Source: an uncultured Gammaproteobacteria bacterium (GTDB lineage: Bacteria > Patescibacteriota > Patescibacteriia > Magasanikbacterales > UBA922). Taken from it: a stretch of 64,000 nucleotides of DNA. The translations under genes were made by a program, and so were the position numbers. Location: contig CAZQXB010000001.1 in the NCBI GenBank assembly GCA_964597575.1, positions 594,511 to 658,510 on the forward strand. Direction: 5' to 3'. Of the stretch, positions 40,247 to 48,926 are shown in pieces; within the stretch, counting starts at the first letter, position 1, and every line of letters starts with the position of its first letter. A model generated the notes under the pieces. It worked only from the letters and a program-made list of their open reading frames with translations. It was not told where the DNA came from and searched no databases.

Positions 40247-41910
40247 ACTTCATCGGCTAAAAGTTTTTCACTAATCAAATTTTCACACGTTGTTTCAATA
40301 AAACGTTTTACCGGTCGGGCACCAAAACGTGGATCAGACAACGTGCGAATCTTCTTTTTTAGAATTTCAGGGTCAATTTTAAAGGAAATTTTGTGTTTTG
40401 CAACCCGTGCCTCTACTTTTTTAATTTCTAACTTCGCCACCTCAAGCAGGTGTTCTTCGGTAAGAGGTTGAAAAACAAGCACAGCATCAAACCGATTTAA
40501 GAATTCTAAACGAAAAAATTGCGCGAGTGCAGGGACCAATTTTTCCTGAAAGAAAGCCTCGCTGTGAATGTCATCTCCTTTTTTAAAGCCATCGATAATA
40601 TCACCCACAGCTAAGTTTGAAGTAGCCATAATAACCGTTTGCGTGAAGTCGATGGTCTCACCCTGACCTGAGGTAAGTCTTCCATCATCTAAAATCTGCA
40701 AAAAGACATCAAAAATTTTGGGATGGGCTTTTTCAATTTCATCGAGAAGCACCAAACTGTACGGCTCCGTTTTTACGGCATTGGTGAGCCCTCCCCCTGC
40801 TTCAAAGCCGACATATCCTGCAGGCGCACCAATAAGACGCGCCACGGTGTGTGCCTCGCCAAATTCGGACATATCAATACGGACAAAACTTTTCTTTCCC
40901 CCGAACAACTCACTTGCCAACACTTTCGCTGTTTCTGTTTTTCCAACCCCAGAAGGACCGAGCACAAGAAAAGACCCGAGGGGGCGGTTTGGATTCTTTA
41001 GCCCAAGCTTCGCTCGCTTCACGGTTGAGGCAATTTGATTCAATGCAACTTTCTGCCCAATAATATGAGAATTAAGCTTATGTTCCAGTTGGCGAAGACG
41101 TTCTTTTTGAGATACTTGGAGTTCAGTTAAAGGAACGCCTACTTTATCAGAAATAACCTGATAGACATCCTCCTCTTTTACCTCCTTCCCTCCTTTTGTT
41201 TTGACGAGCGTTACAGACTCATCGAGAATACTTACCCCTGCCCCTGGCGAGTGACCGAGAACGGCAAACCGTTCAACGAGGCTCAAAATAAGCTCCAAAA
41301 TAGTTTGAGGGATTTGAATATGAGGGAGACCGAAACGCTTTTCCGCCGCCCGAAGAATTTGTATCTGCTCAGCTGCAGGTTGGGGTTTCAATGTCAGAAC
41401 TTCAAAAAAATGAAGAAATTGGGCCTGTTCGTTTTGAAGCCATGCAAATTCTTTCGATTCAAAAGAAAGAATCAACCGTACTTTTCCCAAATCAGCAATT
41501 GGTTTCAAAAGCTGAATCATATGCTGAAGAATGATCGGTTTGTTGTAGACGAGTGCTCCAAAATTATCAATAATAAAAACACAGCTCGGTAGTGAATCAA
41601 GTGCTTCTTTATATTTTTGAAGTGGTACCTGTACGGTACTATTTAAAGGTTCAAACGCCGAAGCTTCACATTCCACCACTCGAAAGGGTTTTGTTTCCTT
41701 TTTTTGAGCATATCGCTCCGCAAAACCACGAAGGAGAGAAGTTTTTCCAATGCCATTTGGCCCGACCACAATACAATTGTTGTGTACTGTACGGTGGACG
41801 ACCCGCTCCATGCGCTCACACTCTTCAGCACGACCAATACACGGCAAAAGACGCCCTTTGAATGCTTCGAGTGTTAAATCGTAATACCCAATTTTTGTAA
41901 ACTCAGGCAT
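40243..41910 (-). CDS. Clp/Hsp100-family AAA+ ATPase paralog lacking the N-domain, with a degenerate D1 Walker B
   Basis: 555 aa. D1 has Walker A VVGPNGIGKTS, but its Walker B is FIIDNFG, where Asn replaces the catalytic Glu. D2 is canonical: LGPSGVGKTE, LVLLDEIEKAH and sensor region SNLAVGD, with a ClpB-like D2 C-terminus. Confidence 0.8.
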   Translation of the reverse strand: MPEFTKIGYYDLTLEAFKGRLLPCIGRAEECERMERVVHRTVHNNCIVVGPNGIGKTSLLRGFAERYAQKKETKPFRVVECEASAFEPLNSTVQVPLQKYKEALDSLPSCVFIIDNFGALVYNKPIILQHMIQLLKPIADLGKVRLILSFESKEFAWLQNEQAQFLHFFEVLTLKPQPAAEQIQILRAAEKRFGLPHIQIPQTILELILSLVERFAVLGHSPGAGVSILDESVTLVKTKGGKEVKEEDVYQVISDKVGVPLTELQVSQKERLRQLEHKLNSHIIGQKVALNQIASTVKRAKLGLKNPNRPLGSFLVLGPSGVGKTETAKVLASELFGGKKSFVRIDMSEFGEAHTVARLIGAPAGYVGFEAGGGLTNAVKTEPYSLVLLDEIEKAHPKIFDVFLQILDDGRLTSGQGETIDFTQTVIMATSNLAVGDIIDGFKKGDDIHSEAFFQEKLVPALAQFFRLEFLNRFDAVLVFQPLTEEHLLEVAKLEIKKVEARVAKHKISFKIDPEILKKKIRTLSDPRFGARPVKRFIETTCENLISEKLLADEV

Positions 41911-41917
41911 AGGAAAA

Positions 41918-44434
41918 CTAAGCAGCTATGGCGATTGGTGTCTGCGGTACAGAGTGTTGAAGAATACTCCTCACATTTCCTTCAATCACCTCTTCCAATT
42001 CACTTGGATTATACCCACGAACGCGACCGAGAAGAGACTCTACTTGACCCCGAGTTCTCGCCGTAATTTCTTTTTTAAATTCTTCGCCAATTTTTTCTTT
42101 CCCTTGTGGCACCATCTCTGGTTTCAAAGTAGCGCCGTCGGTTTGTTTTGCAACATCGCGTACATATGTTCTTTCTTCAAAGCCTTTTTGGTCGGGCGTT
42201 TCTTTTCTCTCTAGCCCAATTTTTTCAGTAGTTTCAAACTTCAACGACACCCCTTCACTTGTGGTTTTTTCAGGAACCGTATGATTCGTGTCTAATTGGT
42301 CTATGTTTTTTTCGGCAACCACAACCTCTTTTACAACAGTTTCTTGTCTTAAAGATACAGAAGGTGAAAACAGCACCGCAGGTTCCGAGGTGGCGGTTCT
42401 TTCCTTATCCGTATTATTCACGATTTCTACTATGCCCACATCTTCCAAAGAAGGCGTTTCAGAAAATTCGACCATCTTTGTAACAGGAATAACTTGAGCT
42501 TTTTCCACAATATCCTTTTCAGTTGCTTCAACTACTTGAGCTACAAACACCTCTTCCATCACGAACACTCCTTCAGAATTATTTTCATAATCCTGAACTT
42601 GGCCAGACTCTTTCTCCACTATTGCTATACCAGATACATCGTCAACAATGGGCAGGTAAGTTTCTTTTCCCACTCCTAGCACCCCAGAAAGAGTAGTGGG
42701 AAGGGAAACAGGAGCCACACTCTCAATATCGGTATCAGTAATTGCCTGCTCCACGAGCCCAATACCAGTTTCCTGCCATACCGCTTGCGCAGTTTCAGCA
42801 AAAGTTTCTTCCTCCGCTACTAAATTTTCTTTTCTCTCAGATACTGTCGTTTCTGTAACAGAAAAAGGGGTAGATTCGATAGAAGCTGAAGAGTTATCTA
42901 CCTCAACCATCGGGAAAACTTCCGTGTCAAAAATAAGTGTTATCGCTTCTGGGGTAGGAGTTGCAGTATTACTTTCTCTCTTAAAATCCGTGACGCGCTC
43001 ATCCCTCTCTACAACTTCCGTATCTCCCTTTTCATGGAAAGAAAAAGTCTCTTCAAAAGAAGTGTCGGCAACCACAATAGACTCTGGGGCAAAATTTTCT
43101 CTTTCGCCCACTGTCATTTTTTTAATATGAAGAGAATTTTCACCTTCTTCAGAACTTGATGCACTTTTTTCTATGTCATCTCTCAGAATAGGGGCCACAT
43201 CTACATAGTGAGAAAAAGAAGACATCTCTGACTCTCCTACCAGACCACGCGAAACATCATATGTTTCTAACTCAATACCAGAAGAGACTTTTATCTCTTT
43301 TGTTTGGAAAGAGGGATCTTCCGGAGTTTGAACTTCTAAAAAAACAGGAACACCTTCTGAAATCTCAAAAGATTGACCTTCCTTTTCAAGGGTAATGCCG
43401 AGCAGCTCCCCCTCTGTTTCATAAACATGCTGAATAACTTCACTGCGTGGGGCATGAACTTGCCGTGCAACATCTCCTAATTCTAGAATCTGAGGAATGA
43501 GTTCATGATTCTCCTCTACAGAAGCCGCCTCGTCTACACCTTCTTGTTCTAATGAAGGGGTGGTAAAAATTTCTTTAGGTAACATTATCGGCGACACCTC
43601 ACCTAAAAAAGGTTGCTCAAATTTTTCAGTTTCAAAAACATGAGATTCTTCAGGCGCAGCAAACATCCGATCAAACCAGGAGTTCTGTTCCTCCGTAGTC
43701 TCTAGATTACCATTCTCGGGTAAGGACAGTTCCACACCCGTGGCGATTACGCCAGATACATCATGGTGCTCTAAAGATTCCTGCCAGATAGGGGTTAAGT
43801 TAAGTTCAATGCCCTGCGTACTTAAATCAACCACCGTTCCATCACCCTCTTCATCAAGCTCGCCATCATTCGCTACCCTCTCCGCAGACACAGGGACATC
43901 ACGAGTAAATCCATACATTGCAATCTTACCATCAGCAGTCACCCACATTTTTGATATATGCCACACCTCTTTATCACCTTTTTGTTCGACATGCTTTCCA
44001 ATATGCTCTGATCTCGGACCCTCCTGAAGGGCCCCCCGCATTCGTTCGTGGTACGCAATCTCCTCGGCTGTACCGGTCTCATGCACACCCTTGGTAACAT
44101 CGTGCTGTGTTCTTGGTACGAATAAATGCCCGGTAGTTGCATCAAACTCCATTTGTCCCACATTGTCAGAAAATTCTACACTCCACTCAGACATCTCCCC
44201 ACCAAACATCGTTCGAATTTCCTCTAAAGCAGATTCCTGAGTGGGAGGAGTATACTCCTCAGAGACGCTAGCTGGCTCTCGTTCATTCTGCAAAGCCAGC
44301 TCTCCAGAATCAGGGGATGCTGGAGGAAGCTCAACTGAATTTGGCGCGCGAAAAGGACTACCCTCACTAGAATTGGGAAATTGATCTTCTTCAGGCTCTT
44401 TTTCAATTCTCTGTTGTCCGTGGAGTTCTCGCAT
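41918..44434 (-). CDS. 838-aa hyper-acidic, low-complexity (E/D/S/T/V-rich) protein with a short globular N-terminal region
   Basis: Acidic residues dominate throughout. There is no TM or signal peptide. Residues ~90-180 (FDATTGHLFVPRTQHD...WHISKMWVTADGKIAMYGF) look globular. It is first in the operon. Confidence 0.6.
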   Translation of the reverse strand: MRELHGQQRIEKEPEEDQFPNSSEGSPFRAPNSVELPPASPDSGELALQNEREPASVSEEYTPPTQESALEEIRTMFGGEMSEWSVEFSDNVGQMEFDATTGHLFVPRTQHDVTKGVHETGTAEEIAYHERMRGALQEGPRSEHIGKHVEQKGDKEVWHISKMWVTADGKIAMYGFTRDVPVSAERVANDGELDEEGDGTVVDLSTQGIELNLTPIWQESLEHHDVSGVIATGVELSLPENGNLETTEEQNSWFDRMFAAPEESHVFETEKFEQPFLGEVSPIMLPKEIFTTPSLEQEGVDEAASVEENHELIPQILELGDVARQVHAPRSEVIQHVYETEGELLGITLEKEGQSFEISEGVPVFLEVQTPEDPSFQTKEIKVSSGIELETYDVSRGLVGESEMSSFSHYVDVAPILRDDIEKSASSSEEGENSLHIKKMTVGERENFAPESIVVADTSFEETFSFHEKGDTEVVERDERVTDFKRESNTATPTPEAITLIFDTEVFPMVEVDNSSASIESTPFSVTETTVSERKENLVAEEETFAETAQAVWQETGIGLVEQAITDTDIESVAPVSLPTTLSGVLGVGKETYLPIVDDVSGIAIVEKESGQVQDYENNSEGVFVMEEVFVAQVVEATEKDIVEKAQVIPVTKMVEFSETPSLEDVGIVEIVNNTDKERTATSEPAVLFSPSVSLRQETVVKEVVVAEKNIDQLDTNHTVPEKTTSEGVSLKFETTEKIGLERKETPDQKGFEERTYVRDVAKQTDGATLKPEMVPQGKEKIGEEFKKEITARTRGQVESLLGRVRGYNPSELEEVIEGNVRSILQHSVPQTPIAIAA

Positions 44435-44705
44435 AATTAAAAACGCACCTCTCCCGAGGTGGTCAAAAAATATACTGAGATAGATATTTCCTGCTCGGGA
44501 TGTCTACACTATTTGGCGATCTGACTCCTTTAGGCTGCCCTAAAGATTACAGTTGCGGCACAGTACCGGAATTTCACCGGACTTCCCCAAATAGCTGCTC
44601 AATTGTGTGTCCATTGTATCTCGCGCATCGAGCGGTGTCAAACGTCCAAATATCACAAAAAAATATTCACTACTGCGTACACTAAAATGGTTATCCACAC
44701 CGTAT

Positions 44706-44736
44706 TTGACTCTCACGTTACGTCATAGTTTACTAT
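44706..44736 (+). promoter_or_regulatory. MerR-type promoter: TTGACT, 19-bp spacer, TACTAT, with internal dyad CACGT-T-ACGTCA
   Basis: The hexamers are at 44706-44711 and 44731-44736. The 19-bp spacing and in-spacer dyad are the classic architecture of MerR-family autoregulated promoters. Confidence 0.5.
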
Positions 44737-44761
44737 AGATCTTAGGAAGAATCTTCCCTCT

Positions 44762-45511
44762 ATGAGTTATACGGTTAACCAGTTAGCGCAACTCGCACAC
44801 ATTAGCGTGCGGACACTTCATTACTATGATGAAATTGGGCTTCTCGAACCCTCTTCTGTCATGAAAAATGGATACCGCTCCTATGAGGAAAAAGAACTTA
44901 TCCGCCTGCAGCAGATACTCTTTTTTCGCGAGCTCGAGTTTACGCTCGAAGATATTAAGCGCATGCTCAACCGCCCCAATTTTAGTGTGGTCGAGGCGCT
45001 TCGAGACCAAAAAAAACTCATGCAGTTAAAACAGAATCGCCTCACGAACCTCGTGAAGACGATTGATAAAACGATTCGCACTATGACGAAGAATCAAAAA
45101 ATGAATGATGAGGAAATGTACGATGCATTCAAAGATGAAGATGTGAAACAGTATCAGGAAGAAGTGAGAGAGCGTTGGGGAAATACAGAGGCGTACAAAC
45201 AAAGCCAGGCCAAAGTGAGCAAAATGACAAAAAAAGAAATGGACAAGCTAAAAGAAGATGGAAAGAAGTTTACCGAAGAGCTTGCAAAGGCCATGGATAA
45301 GCCAATCGATAGTAAAGAAGTACAGGCGCTTATCCAAAAACACTACGATGGGGTAAACCTTTTTTACACGTGCGATCTTCAGATGTATCGAAACCTTGCT
45401 CAAATGTATGTCGACGATCCACGATTCACGGCCTATTACGATAAATTCCGCCCAGGTCTTGCCGTATTTGTTCGGGATGCGATCTTTCATTACATTGATG
45501 CAAAAAAGTAA
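44762..45511 (+). CDS. MerR-family transcriptional regulator with TipAS/Mta-like C-terminal effector domain
   Basis: N-terminal HTH MSYTVNQLAQLAHISVRTLHYYDEIGLL and a coiled-coil linker. The C-terminal domain resembles the TipAS antibiotic-recognition domain. Confidence 0.85.
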   Translation: MSYTVNQLAQLAHISVRTLHYYDEIGLLEPSSVMKNGYRSYEEKELIRLQQILFFRELEFTLEDIKRMLNRPNFSVVEALRDQKKLMQLKQNRLTNLVKTIDKTIRTMTKNQKMNDEEMYDAFKDEDVKQYQEEVRERWGNTEAYKQSQAKVSKMTKKEMDKLKEDGKKFTEELAKAMDKPIDSKEVQALIQKHYDGVNLFYTCDLQMYRNLAQMYVDDPRFTAYYDKFRPGLAVFVRDAIFHYIDAKK

Positions 45512-45570
45512 TTGGTTTAAATAACACACCCGGATGAGGGTGTGTTATTTTTACTCCATGTTTCACTTAA

Positions 45571-45990
45571 TTAAAATACCGTGCGTTCAAAAATAAGACC
45601 GGCAACGAGAAGTGAAATAAGTTGGTACCCAGTCATAATCAAAAACTTTTGCCACTTCCCTCTTTTGGAAAGATTATCCCAGAGTACTGCACTCGCTTGT
45701 ATCGGCATAATAAAACCAAACCAAATGGCAAATGCAGTAACTGGTCCCCGTACAAGGCCACGCGAAACGGCATACGCGAGAGCCGTATTAATAAGGAGTG
45801 ACAGCAAAAATTGAATAATGTAGAGCACCTGAGCATCTTTCTGCATGGCTTTCAATTCAGTCTCACTTTTTCCGGCCACGCCCATAAACTCCATCCATTT
45901 CTTTCCAAAAAGAAACGGGCCGTACCACAACATACCAAGGCCCATTTGAATGATCGCCACGACGAATATTGAAATGAAAGGAATGTCCAT
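45571..45990 (-). CDS. Small polytopic membrane protein (DUF1761-like)
   Basis: The ATG MDIPFISIFVVAIIQMGLG... is followed by 4 predicted TM helices. Confidence 0.45.
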   Translation of the reverse strand: MDIPFISIFVVAIIQMGLGMLWYGPFLFGKKWMEFMGVAGKSETELKAMQKDAQVLYIIQFLLSLLINTALAYAVSRGLVRGPVTAFAIWFGFIMPIQASAVLWDNLSKRGKWQKFLIMTGYQLISLLVAGLIFERTVF

Positions 45991-46006
45991 AAAAAATAAT
46001 ATAATT

Positions 46007-46681
46007 CTATTGTCGCACATCCGAAACAATCTTTCCGTCACGAAGAGTTACCACCCGTTTTGCTTTTTTTGCATACTCTTCTTCATGAGTAACCATCACA
46101 ATCGTCTGACCACTTTTATGAAGCTCAAGGAAAGCATCCATCACCACCCGGGAATTTTCTGAATCAAGGTTCGCCGTAGGTTCATCCGCAAAAAGCACAC
46201 GGGGTTCGTGGGCGATAGCACGAGCAATTGAAACACGTTGTTGTTGCCCACCAGAAAGCTGACTCGGCAAATTCTTTTTCTTTTCCAAAAGTCCGATGCG
46301 AGCTAATGCTTTTTCTGCCTTTTGATACGCTTCTTTTTTCTGCATTCCCTGCATAAGCATAGGTAGCCCTACATTTTCTAAAGCGGTAAGTTCAGGAAGA
46401 AGTGCGTAGTCTTGAAACACAAACCCCATTTTGTTCAAACGCACATACGTTTTTTCTGTTTGATTCATCTGATGCGTCGGCTCTTTATCAAAAAAAACCT
46501 CTCCATCTGTCGGCTCATCGAGAAGAGAGAGTTGATAGAGCAGTGTGGATTTTCCAGCGCCAGATGGCCCAATGATCGCCACAAATTCTGCGTCATCAAT
46601 CCGAAGCGACACTTCTTTTAGAACCGTAATCGCGGTATCCCCCTCTCCAAATCGTTTTACGAGTTTTTCAGCAACAATCAT
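46007..46681 (-). CDS. ABC transporter ATP-binding protein (MacB/LolD/FtsE-like)
   Basis: GPSGAGKSTL, LSGGQQQRVSIARA and LFADEPT. Confidence 0.85.
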   Translation of the reverse strand: MIVAEKLVKRFGEGDTAITVLKEVSLRIDDAEFVAIIGPSGAGKSTLLYQLSLLDEPTDGEVFFDKEPTHQMNQTEKTYVRLNKMGFVFQDYALLPELTALENVGLPMLMQGMQKKEAYQKAEKALARIGLLEKKKNLPSQLSGGQQQRVSIARAIAHEPRVLFADEPTANLDSENSRVVMDAFLELHKSGQTIVMVTHEEEYAKKAKRVVTLRDGKIVSDVRQ

Positions 46682-46682
46682 A

Positions 46683-47981
46683 TTAGCGTCCTAAAATAGC
46701 ATCAAGGGTGTTTTTCCGTACGATCATTTTTGCAGGAATGTACCCGGCTAAAAGCGAAACGGTCAGCAAGATAATAATACGAATTGTTGCTCCCATTGGC
46801 GTTACTACTAAAATTCCATCGGAAAATGGGAAGTTGATCGGATTTGCATTGAAAAACGGTTTAAGGAATCCAAAGGTGAACAAGGCGCCAATGGCTGAAC
46901 CCACAGCACCGTAAAAAAATGCCTGAAGCACATACGAAAATTCAATAGCAAGGGGGCTAATACCAACACCTTTCATAATCCCAATGAATTTCCGTTTGGT
47001 TACGGCATTAATAAAGATCACAATAAAAATCGTAATTGTTGCCACAACAAGAGCGATCGACGACAATGCATTTCCAAGCACACCCATGGTTGTTTCAATA
47101 TCCCGAAGAAACGAGGGAATAGCTTCTTGATACGTCTGTACGCGCGGCCCTGATACTCCAGTAAACTCCTTTACATCAGCCACGACCTGTTCGGCATACC
47201 CTTTATCCGTTTGAATGGCAATTTCCTGTATTTCCATTTTTCGAACCGGCAGAAGCCGTCGCACCTCGCTATCGAGCACAAAAGCACGCGTAGAAATCTC
47301 ATCGACTTTACTTTTCACAATCCCGCGCACAATAAACTCTTTTGTAGCCTGTCCTCCGTCTTCTTGGGCAATGGTTAATCGCACGCGAGTGCCCACGTCA
47401 ACATCTTCAAGCAAGTTAAGCCCTGGGATATTGGCATCAGCAAACGAAGAATATTTTTTAAGCATGTTTGCACCAATAAGCATCCCCTGTGCATCGCCAG
47501 GTTGGAGCGTTTCCCCACGGATAATAAAGCGCGAGAAACCGGTCAGCGCTTCTTCTTGAGTAGGGTCAAAGCCAGAAATTGCGATACCTGCTTCATTTGG
47601 TTTTTCTTCCTTTTTTGGCAACCGGTCAAGAGTTCCCAAAATTTGTCCTGCCACCACGTAACGAGGTGAAATCTTTTGAACATGTTCGTGGCCCTCTAAG
47701 TACGAAATAAGCGCATGAGAATTTGGAATGTAGGTGCGTCCCTCTGCAGTAGTAACAATTGCGTCTCCGCTGTAATTATCACGAAACTGAATGAATGACC
47801 CACTAATAAGCCCGAGCAAGAGCCCAGACACGACCACCAGGTTCAAGAAGGTAAGGACCATGATCGAAATAATCAGAAAAGTGGTCCACTTATTCGAACG
47901 GCGAAGCTGGCGGAGGGCCAAAAACCAACCCACTCGAACGGTGTTATATAGTTCCTTCTTTTTGAGCTGAATTTTAGTCAT
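46683..47981 (-). CDS. ABC transporter permease, FtsX/MacB-like with large extracytoplasmic domain
   Basis: Internal ATG MTKIQLKKKELY. There is one N-terminal TM, a large periplasmic domain and three C-terminal TMs. It lies immediately upstream of the ABC ATPase gene. Confidence 0.8.
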   Translation of the reverse strand: MTKIQLKKKELYNTVRVGWFLALRQLRRSNKWTTFLIISIMVLTFLNLVVVSGLLLGLISGSFIQFRDNYSGDAIVTTAEGRTYIPNSHALISYLEGHEHVQKISPRYVVAGQILGTLDRLPKKEEKPNEAGIAISGFDPTQEEALTGFSRFIIRGETLQPGDAQGMLIGANMLKKYSSFADANIPGLNLLEDVDVGTRVRLTIAQEDGGQATKEFIVRGIVKSKVDEISTRAFVLDSEVRRLLPVRKMEIQEIAIQTDKGYAEQVVADVKEFTGVSGPRVQTYQEAIPSFLRDIETTMGVLGNALSSIALVVATITIFIVIFINAVTKRKFIGIMKGVGISPLAIEFSYVLQAFFYGAVGSAIGALFTFGFLKPFFNANPINFPFSDGILVVTPMGATIRIIILLTVSLLAGYIPAKMIVRKNTLDAILGR

Positions 47982-48043
47982 AGATATGTGCCACACTGTA
48001 CCATGCTGCGTAGAGAAAATCAACTTGATTTTAAACTTACAGA

Positions 48044-48072
48044 TTGACAGGAGTCTCAAAAAATGCTACTAT
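48044..48072 (+). promoter_or_regulatory. Sigma70-like promoter TTGACA-17-TACTAT for the GC-rich 94-aa gene
   Basis: The hexamers are at 48044-48049 and 48067-48072. The ATG at 48087 is about 8 nt past the predicted start site. Confidence 0.45.
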
Positions 48073-48086
48073 TTCTGCTCAAGAAA

Positions 48087-48371
48087 ATGCCAACACAATC
48101 ACGGTTTAGCACCATCAGAGGTGCCCCATACACACCGCGCCCAGGAGATCGGATTCTCTGGGACAAAAGAAACCATGTCATCACAGTTCGTCCGGAAGGC
48201 TCGTCAGCTGCGGTTCTCGTGGACGGGAAGATGACTGTTTCGACCAAGGGAATTACCGGAACCGCAGCCATGAAGCTTATCGAGGAGCTTGCAAAGGCGA
48301 GCGGCAACGGCGTGCGGTTCGCACAGGAGGAGTACCTTACCGAAATCTACGAACTGCGCTCAAGCCCCTGA
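48087..48371 (+). CDS. 94-aa protein of unknown function on a GC-rich island
   Basis: MPTQSRFSTIRGAPYTPRPGDRILWDKRNHVITVRPEGSSAAVLVDGKMTV.... GC is about 56-58% against the AT-rich background, and there is no family match. Confidence 0.5.
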   Translation: MPTQSRFSTIRGAPYTPRPGDRILWDKRNHVITVRPEGSSAAVLVDGKMTVSTKGITGTAAMKLIEELAKASGNGVRFAQEEYLTEIYELRSSP

Positions 48372-48379
48372 ACGCTCTC

Positions 48380-48415
48380 CCTCAGGCCCGACCCTCGATT
48401 GGTCGGCGCCTGAGG
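48380..48415. terminator. GC-rich ~14-bp hairpin (cctcaggcccgacc...ggtcggcgcctgagg) without U-tract; possible terminator or 3' stabiliser
   Basis: Read from the sequence, between the convergent island gene and the NUDIX gene. Confidence 0.35.
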
Positions 48416-48436
48416 ACCCTATACCAAGCCAATATT

Positions 48437-48895
48437 TTAAACCCCTTTGGGGCTTTTTTCATTTATATGACGTTCAAACGAATACTGCCCTGCAAATTTT
48501 TTCACAGTCATATACACATTCTCTTTCAGCGCCTCCTCTTTCGTAAAAAATCGAGTTTCAACACACTCAGATGAAGGTGTAATGACCATGTCCGCTACAG
48601 TCGTGAGGTAGAACACATTTACCACCCACCGACCGGAATTTGGTGAACGCCCCGTAATAAAATAAAGGGGGAAATCCCCAACTGAAGTAACCACTAACCC
48701 CATTTCTTCTTTTACTTCTCGCACCAATCCTTCTGCAGGACTCTCACCAAAATCTAATCCTCCACCCGGAAAGTCCCACAATCCACTCTCTTCTTTACAG
48801 AGCAAAAAACGCCCTTCAGAATCTAAAATGAGAGCTTTGACACTCACCCGGTAAAAACAATTGGGGATATTCTCGTGTTCAAACATATTTTGCAT
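48437..48895 (-). CDS. NUDIX hydrolase
   Basis: Nudix box GGGLDFGESPAEGLVREVKEEMGL. Confidence 0.8.
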   Translation of the reverse strand: MQNMFEHENIPNCFYRVSVKALILDSEGRFLLCKEESGLWDFPGGGLDFGESPAEGLVREVKEEMGLVVTSVGDFPLYFITGRSPNSGRWVVNVFYLTTVADMVITPSSECVETRFFTKEEALKENVYMTVKKFAGQYSFERHINEKSPKGV

Positions 48896-48926
48896 GTACA
48901 CCTCCTAAGGTGTAACTAGAAAATTG

